A DNA stretch of 27,276 bases from Fidelibacterota bacterium (GCA_046861645.1 JBHHUM010000027.1:1-27276); one strand, 5' to 3'. Numbered from the stretch's first letter, positions 18,354 to 27,131 are shown. The notes: generated by a model not told the origin, from the letters alone. Made by a program: numbers and translations.

Positions 18354-21300
18354 GTATTTCTCCCGTTATGGTGAGTATTCCATCATGTAGAGGATCTTGG
18401 ATATAACTGACATGGGCATTGGCGCTAATGTTCTCTCCAAGCACCAAGAAACCTGTAATATTGGCGATAAATGATGAACCTACCTGCCTCCCGCCTGCTG
18501 CTTCAGGAGGCAGGAGAGAAATAAGATCATCATCACTTTTCACTAATATATAGTCTAACGAAGTCTCTATTCGACCACCCTGTCTGGAAAATAATTGACT
18601 GTGCAGAGAAAAAACAGTTGAAGAAACTGAAAAAGATTCATAAAAGTTATCACCAATGTCCTCTCCATATTCAGAGGACACCCCCAACTCCAGTATTTTA
18701 GAAGATTGCCAACTTAAACCTGAACGGAGTACCCACCCCTGAAGAGAACGAACTTGATATATTGTTGTCGACTCCACGTTGTGAATATGACGACTTAATC
18801 CCCCGAAAAATAAAACTTTTCGGCTGAGTGGTTCCTCTGCACTTAATGCTATAGTGTTTTGCTCAGTAAAAAGATCACCAGAAAAGTTATTCGTGGCAAG
18901 GTTGGTTTGATGTTTTGAAGAAAGACGAAGTTTTCGTCGAGTAGCTCGGGGGGCATAGGTTAATTCACTCCGGATACTGAAACGAGATTGATTTATAGTT
19001 GAATCATTCAGTTCTGGTGAAAAAACTGTCATGGTTGAAATATGATTCCCTTTGAAATCGGTTCGGGCATATACCTTCCAGGTAAAATCACTGAGATAGT
19101 CAATATTCGAGCGACGAAAATCATACATCATTTGCATTCCCGAGGTCAGGTGTGCTGAGGGAATCCGATGACCTGATGGAATGTGATATACTATATAATT
19201 ACCGACAGGATCTGGAAAATACTGATTGTAATCCCTGTCGTATCGATAGTTACCCAATCCAGCACCAACCGAATCGAAAACTGCTATTTTTTCTTCGAAG
19301 AGTGACTGTTCAAGCCGGATATCTAAATTCAAATTAACGATACTCCGGGGACGTCTATATCCGAAGGAACCTTTGACTAAACCATAAGAGATGTCTTCAG
19401 TAGCAGAGGAAAATGTCTTCATCTTCTGCCGCACAGATAGCTGTGTTCTAAAACCATTCCGCCACTTGCTGGTTAAATCTAACTCACCCAGCCAACTGTC
19501 GCTTACTTCTTCCCATTCTTGAAGAGAATCACTATTTACGGCCCCTTCATAATCTATCCTCCGGGTTACACCTAACGTAGCCCTCAAACCTGTCCATTCT
19601 ATCTGGATACCCGTCATTTTCTCATCAAACTTAAAGTCCGCCGTTCGTTCTTCTTCCAGTGATCGAAATAGCGGATGGAACTTTCCAGGAAGTAGTATAG
19701 CATCAATCTGCTTCCGCAACCATCCGGAATCAGAAGAATCTACACGACTGGGATTTATCGGTAACAGAAGAACCCGGTTAGGAGAACCAATATCACGTAC
19801 TGCTGCCGTACCAGTAACTTCCAAAAGAGGAATCCATTTTGATCGGTAGATGACACCTCCCTCCCAGCGATTTGCAGACTGGTAACTATCCCGGTAGCTA
19901 CCATAGTTAAAGGAGGTCTCCAGTAATGCCCCCAGATGATGTTTTATTTCGATTTCGGTGATGTTCTCGGCGGAAGCAGCATCATTGGTTGCTAAATTCC
20001 ATTCACGGTCAAATTCTACCCTTCTATCCCGTTGGAAAGGATAGAATCGATTATCAGACCGGCGGAATTTCGTGGTGATATCCAAAATTCCAATATTTCT
20101 TGGTAGTTTCTGACTATGGCTGAATTGAATAAATCCTGCTGCACCTGCATTATTCTCATCATTAATAAAAGACAAAGAATTACGGTCGAGTTGGGAACCA
20201 CTCAATTCAAATATCAGTTCCGTTTTTTCTCCCAGTGTTAAGGTACCATTTATATCTAAAATCTGGTGAGATTCCGGAGTCTTGATAGTCCTCCAGGGAA
20301 CATATAAATCGCTGAGGTTGTTCCGTTCATTAAGCGGTATCCAGATAAAGAATATCTTGCCATCCTCATTGACTTGACGGAGGTACTCTCCATCTGAACC
20401 CATGTTAAAAAAGCTAACTCTATAGTAGATCTCCTCTTCAGTTTTTTCCTCGGTTGGTACATAAACGAAAATGGGAGTTACTCTGGGGGTATCTATCCAA
20501 GTTGCAATCCGATAATTACCCGTTGAATCCTCCTGATAAGTAGTGAGAGTAACATCTTCATCACCAGACTCTTTGAGGAGTTCCATTTCTTCATCTTTCA
20601 GTGATAATAAAAGATCAGAGCGAGTATTATCCTTTTCTCGGAGCCAGCTGATGGTAAACTTGGATTTCTTACTTGTTGAGCGGAATTCACCCGTTACAGC
20701 AGCGATATTACGTGGATACACCAGATCTGAATATTCATATTCCACATAAATACGACTGTTAGAATCGATTAGATTTTGAGCAGTGAAGGTAATTTCACCT
20801 GTAGAATAATCGATAGTGTAGTCAAAATTTTCTCCACGAGTCAGTTTCTCCCCATCAAGCCAGACTCGTTCAGAGCCCGCCATAACAATAATATTTCGAC
20901 TTCCTGTCTCCGAAAACAATCGATAAGGTCCTTGATTCTGATCCTCTCCTATGAAATCAAGTTTCGCGAATTTTCCTTTGGTGGATCCCAATATAACCCC
21001 TCCCTCAAAGGCACTTTTTCCCCCCTTAAAACTTACACCTTCCAACCGTCGGGAAAGAGTAACATATTGGCCAGTAGCCATATTTAGATCAATATCACCG
21101 GCTAATAATTGTGCAGATGGGTGTTTTACTTCAAGGTATACTTCATCTATTTCATCTAACGCCTGAGTATTACCCTCTGGTTGGATGGGAGAGTTCTGAT
21201 CAGTTAAGGAACCCGTCACTGTAACATCCTCTGCCATCTGGCCTTGAAGCATCAAACGAAGCCCTCCGGTCATAGCAACACCTGACAGAGGAGAAATAGA

Positions 21301-21729
21301 TATTCCACGAAATATTGAACCATTGGTAACCAAAGGATAATCTTCTCGGATGAATTCTGAAACTGTGGACTGCATTGGTTTTTTATTAAATGAAGATATT
21401 TCTTCCAGTAAAGGTAAATCGTTTAGCGGTGGTTCAAGCATCTCCGGTAGTTGCGTACTTATATATTCATAGTTAATGATCACTATCATAGTCTCAGCAA
21501 CGGCTTGGGACAGGACAAGATTTCCTTCTTTGGAATCAAGGGTGTACTTCCCTAATGCAGTGGCTTCATTTTCTACTATTACAGTACCGTCCAGAACTAA
21601 GTGATGAGTGAGATTTAGCAGCGAGTCTCCTGGGAAAATCTGTAAAGTGTCCGTGACCCACTCAGTTTTTATCTCCTGAGCTGATAGAGCTGTCAACATC
21701 ATCCCAATGAAAAGAAGTGACTTATTCAT
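18340..21729 (-). CDS. Large (1129 aa) secreted, probable outer-membrane beta-barrel protein with SprA-like motifs; function unknown
   Basis: Signal peptide ...LSA|QE. Extensive alternating amphipathic beta-strand pattern. Motif GPYRL...GSERVWLDG..L.RG..DYTIDYSTGEITF...VEYEY. Confidence 0.65.
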   Translation of the reverse strand: MNKSLLFIGMMLTALSAQEIKTEWVTDTLQIFPGDSLLNLTHHLVLDGTVIVENEATALGKYTLDSKEGNLVLSQAVAETMIVIINYEYISTQLPEMLEPPLNDLPLLEEISSFNKKPMQSTVSEFIREDYPLVTNGSIFRGISISPLSGVAMTGGLRLMLQGQMAEDVTVTGSLTDQNSPIQPEGNTQALDEIDEVYLEVKHPSAQLLAGDIDLNMATGQYVTLSRRLEGVSFKGGKSAFEGGVILGSTKGKFAKLDFIGEDQNQGPYRLFSETGSRNIIVMAGSERVWLDGEKLTRGENFDYTIDYSTGEITFTAQNLIDSNSRIYVEYEYSDLVYPRNIAAVTGEFRSTSKKSKFTISWLREKDNTRSDLLLSLKDEEMELLKESGDEDVTLTTYQEDSTGNYRIATWIDTPRVTPIFVYVPTEEKTEEEIYYRVSFFNMGSDGEYLRQVNEDGKIFFIWIPLNERNNLSDLYVPWRTIKTPESHQILDINGTLTLGEKTELIFELSGSQLDRNSLSFINDENNAGAAGFIQFSHSQKLPRNIGILDITTKFRRSDNRFYPFQRDRRVEFDREWNLATNDAASAENITEIEIKHHLGALLETSFNYGSYRDSYQSANRWEGGVIYRSKWIPLLEVTGTAAVRDIGSPNRVLLLPINPSRVDSSDSGWLRKQIDAILLPGKFHPLFRSLEEERTADFKFDEKMTGIQIEWTGLRATLGVTRRIDYEGAVNSDSLQEWEEVSDSWLGELDLTSKWRNGFRTQLSVRQKMKTFSSATEDISYGLVKGSFGYRRPRSIVNLNLDIRLEQSLFEEKIAVFDSVGAGLGNYRYDRDYNQYFPDPVGNYIVYHIPSGHRIPSAHLTSGMQMMYDFRRSNIDYLSDFTWKVYARTDFKGNHISTMTVFSPELNDSTINQSRFSIRSELTYAPRATRRKLRLSSKHQTNLATNNFSGDLFTEQNTIALSAEEPLSRKVLFFGGLSRHIHNVESTTIYQVRSLQGWVLRSGLSWQSSKILELGVSSEYGEDIGDNFYESFSVSSTVFSLHSQLFSRQGGRIETSLDYILVKSDDDLISLLPPEAAGGRQVGSSFIANITGFLVLGENISANAHVSYIQDPLHDGILTITGEIRATL

Positions 21730-22636
21730 GAATGATCAACCGGCAGGTAACAACCGATCCGTTGACAGCTAAAACTTGATTATCAATAATCCTAAAATCC
21801 GTAAGTGGATCCAGATCAATTATATGTATTAGAGAAGTTTCAATAAGAGAAAAATCTCTTTCTCCATGAGGAAGATAGTAAAGTGATCCCTTCATAGAGG
21901 CGATCAGCCACCCCTCTTGCCATGATTCTACTCCAATAATATTCTCCTCAGGAAGAGGAATCGTTTGGAGTACAGTACCAAATCGGGAAAGTAAGCTGAG
22001 CAAATTATTTCCACGATCCACCACAGCTATAGTTAGGCGATCGTTTACCGCTATATCTGCTATCTCTCCGAACCTATCTTCTCCATAAGTGATACCACCA
22101 AATCGAGTAATATGCTTTTTATCGGCATTCAATAAATACAATTCCCACGCTTCCGTGACAGAAACAATCATTTCTCCCAGTCCATTCACGGCAATATGTA
22201 AGGGTAATTCGACCGTTGTAGGTTGCAGGGCAGACAGATCTATATCCGTGATGAAATTCAGTTTGCGATCATACCTCAGGATGCGGTCAGATGCTTGATC
22301 ACACAGGAAAACATCCAATCCGGATGAAATCGTCAGATCAGTAGGATAAGAAAACCGTTCCTCCTCCAATCCCCATCCTCCCGAAAGATATATTTCGCCT
22401 TGAGCAGTAACAACAACGAGGTTATACGAGTCATTATCAAGAAGAATAACATCTCCAAAGGAGTTCACTGCAATATGGGAAGGGTTTAATTGCAATTCCT
22501 CGATACGCTCCTCTTGCTCCCATATTTTCCATGGTGTCTTGCTGATGCGAAGATCATCCGGGGGTATTGCTGAAATTGACGACAATCCAGCAATAAAGAA
22601 GATTATTATGACCGTTCTATCAGGAAGAGGATTCAA
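21722..22636 (-). CDS. Secreted NHL-repeat/6-bladed beta-propeller protein
   Basis: Repeats PSHIAVNSFGDVILLD, FSYPTDL...VFLCD...RILRYD, PLHIAVNGLGEMIVS, IADIAVND...VVDRGN. N-terminal hydrophobic signal. TTG start. Confidence 0.75.
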   Translation of the reverse strand: MNPLPDRTVIIIFFIAGLSSISAIPPDDLRISKTPWKIWEQEERIEELQLNPSHIAVNSFGDVILLDNDSYNLVVVTAQGEIYLSGGWGLEEERFSYPTDLTISSGLDVFLCDQASDRILRYDRKLNFITDIDLSALQPTTVELPLHIAVNGLGEMIVSVTEAWELYLLNADKKHITRFGGITYGEDRFGEIADIAVNDRLTIAVVDRGNNLLSLLSRFGTVLQTIPLPEENIIGVESWQEGWLIASMKGSLYYLPHGERDFSLIETSLIHIIDLDPLTDFRIIDNQVLAVNGSVVTCRLIIHE

Positions 22637-23402
22637 GGGATGCCTTCTCGCTGACAGCTTGTCTCAGACTCACTATCATAATCGTGCCAAGAAGGATCAT
22701 AAGTATGGAGATAATCTGAGCACCACTCAGACCAAAGAGATATTTCGGATTTGTACGGATAAACTCGATGAAAAATCGTTCCAACCCGGCCAATACCAGA
22801 TAGAGACTGAAAAGAGAGCCATTAGGTCTCAATTTCCCCCGGAGTTTCCACAATAAAGTAAATATGCCAAAACCGAGAAGGGTCTCATAAATCTGTGTAG
22901 GATGCACAGGTATCTGCGTGGGTGGAGTTCCTATCGGGAAGGTCAGTGCCCAGGGTAAATCCGAGGGAGTCCCGTAATCATCACCCACAAGTAAACAACC
23001 AATTCTCCCAATGGCATAACCCATGATTATTAGCGGAGCCACTATATCCGCGAATTCCAACCACTTGAAACCACTCTTAGTGACCAGAATGGATACTGCG
23101 ATAGTCCCCCCCATGAGTCCACCGAAAAACACTAGTCCAGCCCCACTGAAAATCATTCCGATTGGGTCTTCGAAGAAGCGTTGACTGTTCTCGACAAGAT
23201 AATAGATTCTGGAACCGACAATGCCACCGATTGCCGCCCACAAGACCACATCTCCTGCCAGGCGTGTGCGTTCATCCTTCTTCATCCCACGTTCTTTTAA
23301 CAAATACTTCAGCAGATAATAATCGGTGAGAAAAGCCACTACCAGCATTAAACCGTAAGAGTGAATGGGTAGTGGACCGATCTTAAAAAGTACTGGAATC
23401 AT
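22620..23402 (-). CDS. lgt: Prolipoprotein diacylglyceryl transferase
   Basis: P.LF.IGP..IHSYG, GIVGSRIYY, GLVFFGG, GYAIGRIGC...GDDYG, HPTQIYE, RFFIEFIR. Confidence 0.93.
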   Translation of the reverse strand: MIPVLFKIGPLPIHSYGLMLVVAFLTDYYLLKYLLKERGMKKDERTRLAGDVVLWAAIGGIVGSRIYYLVENSQRFFEDPIGMIFSGAGLVFFGGLMGGTIAVSILVTKSGFKWLEFADIVAPLIIMGYAIGRIGCLLVGDDYGTPSDLPWALTFPIGTPPTQIPVHPTQIYETLLGFGIFTLLWKLRGKLRPNGSLFSLYLVLAGLERFFIEFIRTNPKYLFGLSGAQIISILMILLGTIMIVSLRQAVSEKASLESSS

Positions 23403-24247
23403 GATAAGCGAGTCCCACAGGAATTACAGTATTTGCTATTTCCAGAGACTGAGGATTTACATTTAGGACAACGATTTTTATTTTGTTTTACATAGACAAG
23501 ACCTACAATAAAAGCTACTGTGACAAGGATAAGTATGGGTTGCCAGGTAGGCATGGTATGTTTGAAAGCCTCTCCATTCATGGGAATTGGCGACTGCTGA
23601 GCATTACCTCCATCCGTTACTGGAGATGAATCAGTTGTCATCATCTGTTGTAGCAACTCCACTGAGAGCTTGCGGGTAGGATTACGATAGCTGAATGAGA
23701 TCAGTTTCTGTTCGCCAACAGTCAATCCATCCATATGAATCGTGTAAGTTGTAAACCCGTGGGTAGGATCTCCTGTTTTTTGGGCTGTGGGATCATTTAT
23801 GACGAAATCCTCGGAGGCTAACGGTTCCTGTACCTGGACATGAAAATGCTCCACCGGTTGGTTTAATTCCAAAACATAGTTGATATCTCTTGTCACAGGA
23901 TCAATGAATGGATCAAAATAGTATCCCGTTCTGAGGAGACTACGACCTTGGGAAATTTCTATAACAGCCCACTTACCGTCAGATCTTGTTTCTATGGGAA
24001 CTTCGAAGGGGATATCCTCCCCTGCTTCCGAAAAAGTCGCACCCACCGCTCCTGCTTCGTCAGGTACACGAAATTCCAACGTAATGGGCAAAGCCTCTTG
24101 ACGGAAAGTCCCTTCCATCAAAACCAGAATCCCGGGATGATCGTACTCAGGCCACAGGGCGAAATCCAGCTCAAGGAATGGGGATTCTTCTGCAGCGTTT
24201 ATGATCCCGGTAAAGAGAATCAGGAATAGTGTGCTTAATTTATTCAT
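23399..24247 (-). CDS. Hypothetical bitopic membrane protein: signal peptide, extracytoplasmic domain (LWPEYD motif), TM helix, C-terminal zinc ribbon
   Basis: Signal MNKLSTLFLILFTGIINA, TM ILILVTVAFIVGLVYV, C-terminal CPKC-x10-CNSCG. ATGA overlap with lgt. Confidence 0.75.
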   Translation of the reverse strand: MNKLSTLFLILFTGIINAAEESPFLELDFALWPEYDHPGILVLMEGTFRQEALPITLEFRVPDEAGAVGATFSEAGEDIPFEVPIETRSDGKWAVIEISQGRSLLRTGYYFDPFIDPVTRDINYVLELNQPVEHFHVQVQEPLASEDFVINDPTAQKTGDPTHGFTTYTIHMDGLTVGEQKLISFSYRNPTRKLSVELLQQMMTTDSSPVTDGGNAQQSPIPMNGEAFKHTMPTWQPILILVTVAFIVGLVYVKQNKNRCPKCKSSVSGNSKYCNSCGTRLS

Positions 24248-24253
24248 CTATCG

Positions 24254-24289
24254 ACGGCGGAGTTTAGACACTCGTTGATGGATTATCAA
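24254..24289 (-). promoter_or_regulatory. Sigma70-type promoter for the Zn-ribbon/lgt/OMP/rnr operon
   Basis: On the minus strand: TTGATA (24289-24284), 17 nt, TAAACT (24266-24261), CCGCCGT. ATG lies 13 nt after the -10. Confidence 0.7.
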
Positions 24290-24445
24290 CAGAAAAGCTG
24301 TTGAAAAGTTCCCTTTAGTAAATAAGTACAATCACCCGGTTTTCGAGCCCATACTGTGAGAAATCAGCAAAAGAGATTTTTTACCAGCCAGCAAGCATAA
24401 TGACAAAAGATTTAATTCCTTAGTGATTAGATAACTGCTTAACTG

Positions 24446-25198
24446 TCAGGCGGTAGTTAATATGGTTACAACAATGAAATCGTAGGCCATATGTGCAAAC
24501 GCAGTAATACCAAAACCCCGAAATACATATACTGTACCGAGAAACAACCCGGCAATGGAGCGGAGAATGAATGTACGCAGATTAAAAATCTCTCCAAAAT
24601 CACCAATGTAGTGAAATGAGGCAAAGAGTAGGGCTGATAAAATCACGGCAGTCAACACACACCACCTTCGATTCCACTGAAAAACCGCGGCAATGATGGT
24701 GGTTAAAAAGAATATAGCAACAACCCGAAAAAGGAATTCCTCATATAACCCTGCTCCCACCGACAAAGTTATTTGCTGGATGAGTGATCTCCCTGAGGGA
24801 AAAGCGAGCAGTGCAGGAGTCAGTTTTATCGTAATGAAGAGCACTCCCCCCCACCCTAAGCCCTCGGCAAACATCTGGATCAGATAGGCTCCACGAATGG
24901 CCGTCATCTGGCGACGACTCTTTTGAAGTAAGAAGCTTACCACAAACCCGATAATGAAGGTAATATTTAGTGCATTGATACCCCAATTACCAAAAATGGA
25001 GAAAAATTGTCTGAGTAATACATCGGCGCCGTTACGAATATGAAAGAGTTGATTCTCATTTAAGGTGAGGGTAGCAAGCTCGTAAAGGGCGAAAAAAGGG
25101 AGTGTGAAAACAAAACTGTAGAATGGCGAACGAGACAGTTGCCAGTAGGATGAGGAACTCAAGTAAGACCGTTGATCTTTTTCAGAATAGGGAGTCAT
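24446..25198 (-). CDS. CPBP (Abi/CAAX type II) family intramembrane glutamic endopeptidase
   Basis: GLYEEFLFR (EExxxR), LFASFH (FxxxH), AHMAYD (HxxxD/N). Start placed at ATG 25198 (ATGA overlap with the lepA stop) rather than 25303, which is inside lepA. Confidence 0.85.
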   Translation of the reverse strand: MTPYSEKDQRSYLSSSSYWQLSRSPFYSFVFTLPFFALYELATLTLNENQLFHIRNGADVLLRQFFSIFGNWGINALNITFIIGFVVSFLLQKSRRQMTAIRGAYLIQMFAEGLGWGGVLFITIKLTPALLAFPSGRSLIQQITLSVGAGLYEEFLFRVVAIFFLTTIIAAVFQWNRRWCVLTAVILSALLFASFHYIGDFGEIFNLRTFILRSIAGLFLGTVYVFRGFGITAFAHMAYDFIVVTILTTA

Positions 25199-27006
25199 TT
25201 CTTTTTCTGATCCAATTGAAAAAACGCCAGAAAAGCCTCCTGGGGAACTTCCACCCGGCCGATTTGCTTCATCCGCTTCTTCCCCGCTTTCTGCTTTTCC
25301 CACAGTTTTCGTTTTCGGGTAATGTCACCACCATAACACTTGGCAGTTACATTCTTACGGTAAGGCTTGATGGTCTCCCGGGCGATGATCTTACTCCCTA
25401 CGGCAGCTTGAATGATTACTTCGAACATCTGCCGTGGAATGACTTCCCGCAAACGGCGACATAGATCCCGTCCGCGATAATAAGCATCATCATGAGCGGA
25501 AATAATGGATAAGGCATCAACCACGTCACCATTGATGAGAATATCCAGTTTCTTCAGATTAGTCCCCCCCTGAAAACCCTTGAGTTCGTAATCAAAGGAA
25601 GCATAACCCCGGGAAACAGACTTCAATTTATCGTAGAAGTCAAAAATGATTTCAGCCAGGGGGAGATCATACTTAAGTTGAACACGATCCTTGGAAAAAT
25701 AATGTTGATTCCGATAGGTTCCACGCTTATCCTGGCAGAGCTTCATGAGGGCGCCCACATAATCTGGAGGAGTGATGATCTCTGCGGCAACAATGGGTTC
25801 CAGTATCTCCTGCACTTCCCCGACAGGAGGAAGCTTGGTAGGATTATCGATTTCTACACTTTCACCATTATGGAGCAAAACCTGGTAACGTACATTAGGA
25901 ACCGTGACAATCAAATCGAGATCAAATTCTCGTTCCAGTCGCTCCCGGACAATATCCATGTGCAACATACCAAGAAAACCACAACGGAAACCGAATCCCA
26001 ATGCAGTTGAGGTCTCCGGTTCATACATCAACGAGGCGTCGTTCAGCTGCAGTTTTTCTATGGATTCCCGCAGTCGTTCATAATCATCACTTGCTGCCGG
26101 GAAGAGACCCGTGAAAATCATCGGTTTCATCTCCTGGTAGCCTGGCAGGGGTTCACCAGCTGGTAACTCCCTGGTCGTGATGGTATCCCCCACCTGCAAC
26201 TCCTGAAGTTGCTTGACGCCTGCCACAATGTAACCTACATCACCGGCAGAGAGCTTTTGTGCTGGTACACGTTTCATAACGAAATGCCCCACTTCCGTAA
26301 TCTCTCGCTGTCCTCCGTGAGACATGAACCGGGCCGTCATTCCAGGCTTAAAAACGCCATCAAACACACGCACTGTAGGCACTGCCCCCCGATAGGAGTC
26401 AAAAGTTGAATCAAAAATAAGCGCTCGAGTATTGTTTACTGAATGGTCTGCTGGTGGAGGAATCCTGAGTACAATCTCAGCCATGAGTTCCACCACGCCA
26501 TCACCGGTCTTGGCACTGACCGCAAGTATGTCATCCTCCCCACAACCGATAAGATCAACGATCTGCTCCCGTACTTCTTCCATGCGGGAAGTAGCGAGAT
26601 CGATTTTGTTCAACACGGGAATAATAGCCAGATCACTCTCCAGCGCTACATAGGCGTGACTCACTGTCTGCGCTTCCACTCCCTGAGCCGCATCCACCAA
26701 TAGAATTGCTCCTTCACACGCTGCCAGAGATCGGGATACTTCATAGGAAAAGTCCACATGCCCGGGAGTATCAATGAGATTGAAAATGTATTCTTTCCCG
26801 TCGTCATGCCGGTAGTGCATCTGGATGGGATGACTTTTGATAGTGATCCCTCGCTCCCGTTCCAATTCCATATCGTCCAGCACCTGCTCTTTCATGTCCC
26901 GTTTACGCAAGGTATGGGTAACTTCCAGCAGGCGATCCGCCAAGGTGGACTTCCCGTGGTCGATGTGTGCGATGATGCAGAAGTTTCGTATGTGATCAAT
27001 ACTCAC
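25195..27006 (-). CDS. lepA: Translation elongation factor 4 (LepA)
   Basis: IRNFCIIAHIDHGKSTLADR, ERERGITIK, DTPGHVDFSYEVSRSL, NKID, GFRCGFLGMLH, KCYGGDITRKRKL. GTG start. Confidence 0.98.
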   Translation of the reverse strand: MSIDHIRNFCIIAHIDHGKSTLADRLLEVTHTLRKRDMKEQVLDDMELERERGITIKSHPIQMHYRHDDGKEYIFNLIDTPGHVDFSYEVSRSLAACEGAILLVDAAQGVEAQTVSHAYVALESDLAIIPVLNKIDLATSRMEEVREQIVDLIGCGEDDILAVSAKTGDGVVELMAEIVLRIPPPADHSVNNTRALIFDSTFDSYRGAVPTVRVFDGVFKPGMTARFMSHGGQREITEVGHFVMKRVPAQKLSAGDVGYIVAGVKQLQELQVGDTITTRELPAGEPLPGYQEMKPMIFTGLFPAASDDYERLRESIEKLQLNDASLMYEPETSTALGFGFRCGFLGMLHMDIVRERLEREFDLDLIVTVPNVRYQVLLHNGESVEIDNPTKLPPVGEVQEILEPIVAAEIITPPDYVGALMKLCQDKRGTYRNQHYFSKDRVQLKYDLPLAEIIFDFYDKLKSVSRGYASFDYELKGFQGGTNLKKLDILINGDVVDALSIISAHDDAYYRGRDLCRRLREVIPRQMFEVIIQAAVGSKIIARETIKPYRKNVTAKCYGGDITRKRKLWEKQKAGKKRMKQIGRVEVPQEAFLAFFQLDQKKK

Positions 27007-27007
27007 A

Positions 27008-27021
27008 GCGGCGGAATTTAG
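27008..27021 (-). promoter_or_regulatory. Putative -10 element plus discriminator directly before the lepA start
   Basis: CTAAATTCCGCCGC-T-GTG, the same motif as the two promoters above. No clear -35 and no SD. Confidence 0.55.
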
Positions 27022-27079
27022 TCAGGCTCGGGGAGAGAGAATAGGGTGAAATAATCGTCTTAACCGCCATTCCACAGGA

Positions 27080-27131
27080 CGCCCGCCTGCAATCTGTCGC
27101 GACTGACGGGCAGGCGACCCTTTCAGGGGTC
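27080..27131. repeat. Two adjacent GC-rich hairpins (REP-like element or structured RNA)
   Basis: CGCCTGC (27084-90) pairs with GCAGGCG (27110-16) around the internal palindrome GTCGCGAC. GACCCT-TTCA-GGGGTC at 27116-27131. Confidence 0.45.

Noticed and set aside
18340..21729. Calling the large protein sprA and the locus a type IX secretion system
   Set aside because: About half the length of SprA, only motif-level resemblance, and no gldKLMN or porV genes in the window.
25199..25303. 35-aa N-terminal extension of the CPBP protease
   Set aside because: It overlaps the conserved lepA C-terminus. ATG 25198 with ATGA coupling is more parsimonious.
1168..27021. Numerous 60-163 aa ORFs antisense to or out of frame within the called genes
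   Set aside because: They are shadows of well-supported genes and carry no family motifs.
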